Assembly: GCA_051294375.1 (NCBI GenBank)
Contig: CM119266.1
Location: forward strand, 11,027,142 to 11,091,141
Length of the DNA: 64,000 bases
From: Paraspadella gotoi
Taxonomy: Eukaryota > Animalia > Chaetognatha
Direction: 5' to 3'
The translations under genes were made by a program, and so were the position numbers. Under the pieces are notes generated by a model. It ran no database searches. It saw nothing but the letters and a program-made list of their open reading frames with translations, and had not been told where the DNA came from. This document shows positions 57,488 to 64,000 of this stretch, piece by piece (position 1 is the first letter of the stretch; each line of letters opens with the position of its first letter).

Positions 57488-57590
57488 AGGGGCGTGGCAG
57501 CTCGCGTGTGTATTTTCTTTCTTCTTTTTTTTTTATTCAGAAATAGTCCGACCAATCGGGAAACGGAATCGGAGAATTTCAGCCAATCAG
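57488..57590. promoter_or_regulatory. GC box plus two CCAAT boxes 31 bp apart; candidate promoter upstream of the PCBP exon
   Basis: GGGGCGTGGC at ~57489, GACCAATCG (57552) and AGCCAATCAG (57583). Motif match only. Confidence 0.3.
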
Positions 57591-57874
57591 GATTCGACAT
57601 CGGACGACCATATTATTTTATATTATTTTTTTTTTCAACGACGGATTTCGGTCACCCGTCGGACCGAATCGCGTTTATAAATCAATGAAAACAAATATAG
57701 TTAAAATAAAATCTCTTTACATTCTTCTCTCATTCACCCCAATTCAACCTCTCATTCTCTCCTCGTTCATCTCTCATTTTCCCGTCATTCGCCACTCATT
57801 TGTACCATTCGGGGTCAGACAGCGTCACGGACAATTGTTCCATCGCTAGCCCGCGCTCCACTCCCTCTCGTTCA

Positions 57875-57943
<69 letters not shown>

Positions 57944-58492
57944 AATGCAAATGAAATCGTCAAATACGCGGTATCTTTTCACTTTGGGTCCCCTTTATGG
58001 AGCGGGAGTCACGGGTGGATCGGGATGGGCACGGAGCCCGAGGGAGACGAAGTCCACAGCTGACCAGCTAGCGGGCGAAGGGGCAGACCGGCGGAACGCN
58101 NNNNNNNNNNNNNNNNNNNNNNNNNNNNNNNNNNNNNNNNNNNNNNNNNNNNNNNNNNNNNNNNNNNNNNNNNNNNNNNNNNNNNNNNNNNNNNNNNNNN
58201 NNNNNNNNNNNNNNNNNNNNNNNNNNNNNNNNNNNNNNNNNNNNNNNNNNNNNNNNNNNNNNNNNNNNNNNNNNNNNNNNNNNNNNNNNNNNNNNNNNNN
58301 NNNNNNNNNNNNNNNNNNNNNNNNNNNNNNNNNNNNNNNNNNNNNNNNNNNNNNNNNNNNNNNNNNNNNNNNNNNNNNNNNNCCACCCCTTCTCCCGACC
58401 AAACACCGACTCGCCCTTCCATTCCGCCAAGCCGTCCGCCTCCGTCCCGAATGAATTCTCCCGCCGATGATATGAAATGATGTGAGATTACA

Positions 58493-58493
<1 letters not shown>

Positions 58494-58571
<78 letters not shown>
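58494..58571 (+). repeat. (GTC)n microsatellite
   Basis: Direct observation. Confidence 0.95.
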
Positions 58572-61099
58572 GTGGTGTCGCTGACTCATATAACTGGACC
58601 CTTAGTCATTAACTATCGCTTCTACGAGTTGGCTGGAAGAAGGATTCATTACGTGTATATCATCGGCAAAAACCTCTCGCCTTCATTTCTAGTTACATAC
58701 GGAAAACAAAGAGAGGCGAGAGGGATGTAATTCGTGGAAGCAGTGAGGCGCGTGATAAAGGAGGAAGGCAAAAAACGTCAATAAGGAATGAATGGAAATA
58801 AGAAAGATAAGGNNNNNNNNNNNNNNNNNNNNNNNNNNNNNNNNNNNNNNNNNNNNNNNNNNNNNNNNNNNNNNNNNNNNNNNNNNNNNNNNNNNNNNNN
58901 NNNNNNNNNNNNNNNNNNNNNNNNNNNNNNNNNNNNNNNNNNNNNNNNNNNNNNNNNNNNNNNNNNNNNNNNNNNNNNNNNNNNNNNNNNNNNNNNNNNN
59001 NNNNNNNNNNNNNNNNNNNNNNNNNNNNNNNNNNNNNNNNNNNNNNNNNNNNNNNNNNNNNNNNNNNNNNNNNNNNNNNNNNNNNNNNNNNNNNNNNNNN
59101 NNNNNNNNNNNNNNNNNNNNNNNNNCACTACAGACCCTCTAATATGGATACGAATCGTGAAAATTATGGTAAATGAGTTCTCTTTTTTTTTGTCTTGAGA
59201 GATAAAAAGATATTGAGGGAGAAGAAATGGACTCCTTCATTCGGTGAGAATGGACGAAGGCTTTTCGAGAGGAGTCGGGTTAAGATACTAAGTTTGAGAG
59301 GAGGGTTCCAATTGAGAGAAAGGATATTCTTTCCGAGGTGACCGTTCCTCAGGCGTGAGGAAAGTGACGAGGTGATGGGCTGCGCGCGCATCCAGACCCA
59401 CTCGCGCTTTTGGACAAAGTTTGTTTTTAGCGCCTGAGAATCTACGGAGGCGCACTTTTAGATCGGCTCGGCAATAAAATGGAGAAAATGATATGAGATG
59501 CGGAATGATTTTTTAGTTGGACACCAGCGCCTTCGGATGCCAGCGGCTCTTCGGCTCAAGTTGGCAGTAGAGATGCAGAGAGAAGACTTTTTGAGCACCG
59601 AGAGATCGAGCAGAGAGGAGACGAGAGATGGAGAACCAGAACGCGAAAGAAAAAAAAGAGAGGCGAGTGACGAACAGCAGTGAGGTTTGAGAAGAGAGAC
59701 AAGTGGCGTTTTTCAACTAGAGGGCCCACTCCTCGTCGCCGTCCCCTTCGTCTATCGCCCAAAAACCTAGAGGGATGGAAGATGAAATTTCCGATGGGGA
59801 AAATATATGGAAGAAAGAGGTTGCGGAAAATTCTATCAGAGTTTTCACATTTTTTATCGGAGTTATCGTCGGCATAATAACTTTCACAGAGAAGAGTGAA
59901 TAGCACCAAGACGAGTATATTATCTCTGATCTTTGAGATTTTTAAAAGAAAAAAAAGGGATTATGAAGAACAATTCAAAAGTAGATAATTCCAATTATAG
60001 ATGTCGGGTGTAAAACGGTTTCTCGGAAGAATGTGCGAGTTTCTACTGGTAATAGTGATAATGAGAGTATTACGCAATTATTTAGTCATTGAAATATAAA
60101 AAGATACAAAGAACCTCGCTACGCTTTAATGAAGTCGCACATATGAGATTTATTAATATGAAGTATAATAAAAACGATCCGATTTAATAAAATACTTAAT
60201 GTAAACTATCATTCCCTTTCAGTTTTTGTTATTCAAAGTGCGCCAGAAATATCAGACAAAAATCAAAATGTCAAATCAAACTTTTACAAATAGTTTTAAT
60301 TTCACTTTCATCATAATAAATAGAGTACATAGTTGGGCGATCAAAGTTTCCCCTTTCCTCAGTTTTTACCGAAGGTAAGTTCACCTCCACACCCGACGAT
60401 ACATATTGATCTTTATCGTCACGACTTCCGGAGCCCCGCCATCATTCTGAGAGAGAGAGAGAGACGACAGAATTACCTGCATAAAGAGATGATGAAGGAT
60501 GGAGACGGAGATCGCAACGGAAAGGGCAATCTATCTATGGGCTCAAAAGTCACCGGAAGTCACGACCTATGTCTGACTTAATACCCACGTCGTGCGTGCG
60601 TACTGCGTCGTCGTCGTCGTCGAGCTGATGTCTCGAGAGGATGTTGTCCTGTCGTCGCCTCCTTAATTCGACCTCGAGATCGAGATTGAGAGAGAGACTT
60701 GAATGGTTAGAGAGAGTAGATGATTTGTGATGTATAATTACAATGAGAGAGTGAGAGCGCCGTAATTTGCGTTGACGCCAATGATCCACGTCACGCGTCC
60801 GCCTATCGAGCACTGGAGAGAACGCTTACACCGATTTTTTTTCTCTTCGTTTTCTGTCGAAAACTCATAGATTTGATTACGTTTGTGATTGTGATGTCGT
60901 TGCATGACGGAAATTTAAGCGTTCTAGTTGGTTGAGGCGACTTCGCCTATGGCGATATCGCCAGGGCTTTGGCGATGTCGCCCAGTCCCCCCCACTGGGC
61001 CGAACCTCGCCAGTGATAAATAGTAGCGAATATAATTGAAAAGCGCAGCTAACACGGCGGTATGAAATCACCTACAGCTCCTTCTCCCAACCTAACCGT

Positions 61100-62030
61100 A
61101 AAGCGCAAGCCTCCCGTGTCAACTCTTGCCTCTCCCCTAACCCTAACCCCGGGCCTTGGGCCTCCCTATAACATCTCTCATGCCTCTACTCCTAACCCTA
61201 ACCGCCTTCGATGCATCAACCACGGGCCCCTCCCCCAACCCTAACCCTTAAACCAAGCCTCCCGTTCAACTCCATGCACTCTCCCCTAATACCCTAACCG
61301 AGGCCCGGCCTCTCCGTACATCATCCTTGCCTCCACAACCCTAACCCTAAACCGCCTTCGATGCATCAACGCTATGGGTTCCCTCCCCCATACCTAACCC
61401 TAAACCTAAGGCCTCCCGTTCAACTCCTTGCCTCTCCCCTAACCCTAACGCCAGGCCGGCCTCCCGTACATCTCCGTACCTAACCCTAACCCTAACCGCC
61501 TCGATGCATCAACCATGGGTCCCTCCCCCAACCCTGAACCTAACCAGCCTCCTGTTCAACTCCATGCCTCTCCCCTAACCCTAACCCAGCCCGGCCTCCC
61601 GTACATCTCCGTACCTCAACCCTAACCCTAATCGCCTTCATATATAACCCACGGGCCTCTCTCCCACCCTAACCCTAAACCGGGCCCAGGCCTCCCGTAC
61701 ATCTCCGTGCTTCAACCCTAATGTCCCTCGCCAGTACCTTCCCTAAGCCTAACCCTAACGCGGGCCTCTTGGTCATCAACAACACCCTCCCTACCCCTAT
61801 CCCTAAAATTGACATTAATAATAAGCCTAAAATAAACTTAAACTTAACTCAACCCTAACCCTAACCCTAAATACTCAACCCGTAATCCTAAACTACTTCA
61901 ACCCTAACCCTATACTGTTTTACCCAGCTCATACCCTAACCCTAAACTATTCAACCCTTTTTAACCCTAACTACTACCAACTGCAACCCTAACCCTAACA
62001 ACAACTCAACCCATAACCCTAAACGCCCTA
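61100..62030 (+). repeat. Left arm: ~125-135 bp higher-order tandem repeat (three ~42-48 bp subunits, each ending in (CCCTAA)2), then degenerate CCCTAA-rich repeats
   Basis: Recurring subunits A aagcctcccgttcaactccatgcctctcccctaaccctaac, B ggcccggcctcccgtacatctccgtacctcaaccctaaccctaa and C cgccttcgatgcatcaaccatgggtccctcccccaaccctaaccctaa, about 4 cycles up to ~61760. Confidence 0.85.
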
Positions 62031-62319
62031 TCTGAGTTTTAGTTTAGGGCGATCAATCGCCATACACTAGAACGCTAGATGTAGTTCACAGCTAAATCGC
62101 CAAATGGCGTGACCGGATCGATCGATCGATCGATCTCCCGCTAGGAAAGCGTTCAGACTGGACGTAAACCGCCTTGAGGGTCGGTGCGTCGAAATGAGAG
62201 CCTTAAGCTCAAGGCCTGCGGAGTTTTCGCGCGGAAAGCCTTTCGCAAGCTTGGAACTACAGTCCTAGCGTTCTAGCGCTGTTCCATTACAGTTTGGCAG
62301 ATTTCGCCTAAACTAAACC

Positions 62320-63475
62320 AATTAGGGTTAGGGGTTAGGGTTGAGTTGGTTCCTTAGGGTTTAGGGTGAAGGGGTTCAGAAGATACGGATAAGTGGTCTT
62401 CAGCCCCCCCATTAGCATCTTAGTAGTAGTTCTAGGAGCATACGTTAGTGTGTATTTTCGCTTTTGTAGTCCTAGTTGTATAGCACTATCGCAATCGTGT
62501 TGGTCAGGCAGTGTACATGTTGGTAGTTATGTGTTTAAGGTAGTTTTATTGTGTAGGTATTGAGAGATAGCCAATTTTATGGTTAGGTGTGTACAAGTAG
62601 TTTAGGGATTTTGGTAGTTCTAATATTTCAATTATCAGATTCATTGAGTGTGTTAGGCTTCGATTCTGTTGAGTCTTTATTGTTAAGTTTATTCTAGGGT
62701 CGACTTATTATTAATTGGCGCTCATATTTAGGGATTAGCGGTCATGTAAAGTGAGCGAAGGGTTTTGTTGATGAACCAAAAGGCCGCGTAGGTTAGGCTT
62801 AGGAAGGTTACTGGCGAGGGACATTAGGTTGAAGCACGTAGATGTACGGGGAGGCCTGGCCCGGTTTAGGGTTAGGGTTGGTGAGAAGAGGCCCGTGGGT
62901 TATATATCGAAGGCGATAGGGTTAGGGTTGAGGTTACGGGAGATGTACGGAGGCCGGGCCTGGGGTTAGGGTTAGGGGCAGAGGCATGTTTATGAACAGG
63001 AGGCTTGGTTTAGGGTTAGGGTTGGGGAGGGACCCATGGCTTGACTGCATGGTAGCCCGCAGGTTTTAGGGGTTAGGGTGAGGTACGGGAGATGTACGGG
63101 AGGGCCGGGCCTGGTGTTAGGGTTAGGGGGAGGCAAGGAGGTGAACGGGATGCTTGGTTTAGGGTTAGGGTTTTGGGGGAGTGGACCCATAGCGTTGATG
63201 CATCGAAGGCGCGGTTAGGGTTAGGGGTTGAGGCAAGGAGATGTACGGGAGGCCGGGCCTCGGTTTAGGCGTTAGGGGAAGGCATGGAGGTTTGAACGAG
63301 CTTTGGGTTATAGGGTTAGGGTTGGGGGAGGGGCCCGTGGTTGATGCATCGAAGGCGGTTAGCGGTTAGGCGTTTGAGGCATGGAGAATGTACGGGAGGC
63401 CCAGGCCCGGGTTAGGGGTTAGGGGCAAGGAGGCAAGCGAGTTTGAACGGCGAGGGCTTGGTTAGGTATCAGGGT
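62320..63475 (-). repeat. Right arm: inverted copy of the CCCTAA higher-order repeat (reads TTAGGG-rich on +)
   Basis: ttagggttagggttgaggttacgggagatgtacggaggccgggcc, ttgatgcatcgaaggcggttag and similar are reverse complements of the left-arm subunits. 62400-62740 is a garbled, insertion-rich copy. Confidence 0.8.
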
Positions 63476-63846
63476 GGGAGAGGAGCCTGTAGGTGATGTT
63501 TCATCCCCGTGGTAGCTGCGCTTTTCATTATATTCGCTACTTTTTCACTTGGCCGAGGTTCGCCAGTGGGGGACTTGGCGACATCGCCAAAGCTCCTGGG
63601 CGATATCGCCATGGGCTAAAGTCGCCAAACAACTAGAACCCACACCTGCAACTCGTGCTGTGTGAACCTTCCGCCGGCGGCGACATCGCTATTTGATATG
63701 AAATCTACAACATTAGGTTCTCCTCTCTCTTCCTTCCCCTTCATGCAAAAACCGACAAAATATTTAGCGTACGAGTTTGGCGTTCACCCCATCACGCTGA
63801 CCTGATGGGAAGCTCGGAGAACATCATCTGTTGAACGAATTCGTAC

Positions 63847-63935
<89 letters not shown>

Positions 63936-64000
63936 TTGGGGACAAAAAGTTTTTTTAAAAACCATAACGGAGGTCTCCTATCCCCTTTCACCCAGCTGAA

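Larger units (their letters stand above)
60918..63639. mobile_element. Non-coding foldback / long inverted-repeat element with telomere-like internal repeats
   Basis: Left end gttctagttggttgaggcgacttcgcctatggcgatatcgccagggctttggcgatgtcgcccagtccccc matches, with indels, the reverse complement of the right end ...gggggacttggcgacatcgccaaagctcctgggcgatatcgccatgggctaaagtcgccaaacaactagaac. Arms align from about 60918-62095 to about 62245-63639 around a ~150 bp spacer. No transposase ORF and no clear TSD. Confidence 0.8.

Noticed and set aside
61100-63475. Chromosome end-to-end fusion scar or true telomere
   Set aside because: Order is CCCTAA then TTAGGG (a fusion gives the reverse), repeats occur mostly as dimers within complex units, and unique sequence continues on both sides.

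Overview
Eukaryotic, probably metazoan, draft-assembly sequence. It is very rich in microsatellites ((AG)n, (GTC)n, (TTTC)n, (ATT)n, (CTT)n), is not CpG-depleted, and has many N gaps plus noisy stretches that look long-read-filled. Almost all ORFs in the track are microsatellite or N-gap artefacts. The one convincing coding signal is a minus-strand exon (53346-53471) encoding the start of KH1 of a poly(rC)-binding protein (PCBP/mub/pes-4 family, ...LTIRFIMQGK) followed by a canonical GTGAGT donor. No downstream PCBP exons were recognised, so much of the window may be intronic. The most unusual structure is a ~2.7 kb foldback element (60918-63639). Its arms carry a three-part higher-order repeat studded with telomeric (CCCTAA)2/(TTAGGG)2 oriented outward like a mini-chromosome, and each arm has its own short terminal inverted motifs. 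Also present: a ~5.26 kb tandem duplication and a ~0.55 kb duplication next to 25-N gaps (probably gap-filling artefacts), a palindromic 20-bp satellite with an orientation switch, several minisatellites, and clusters of E-box, CRE, CCAAT and YY1/E2F-like motifs.
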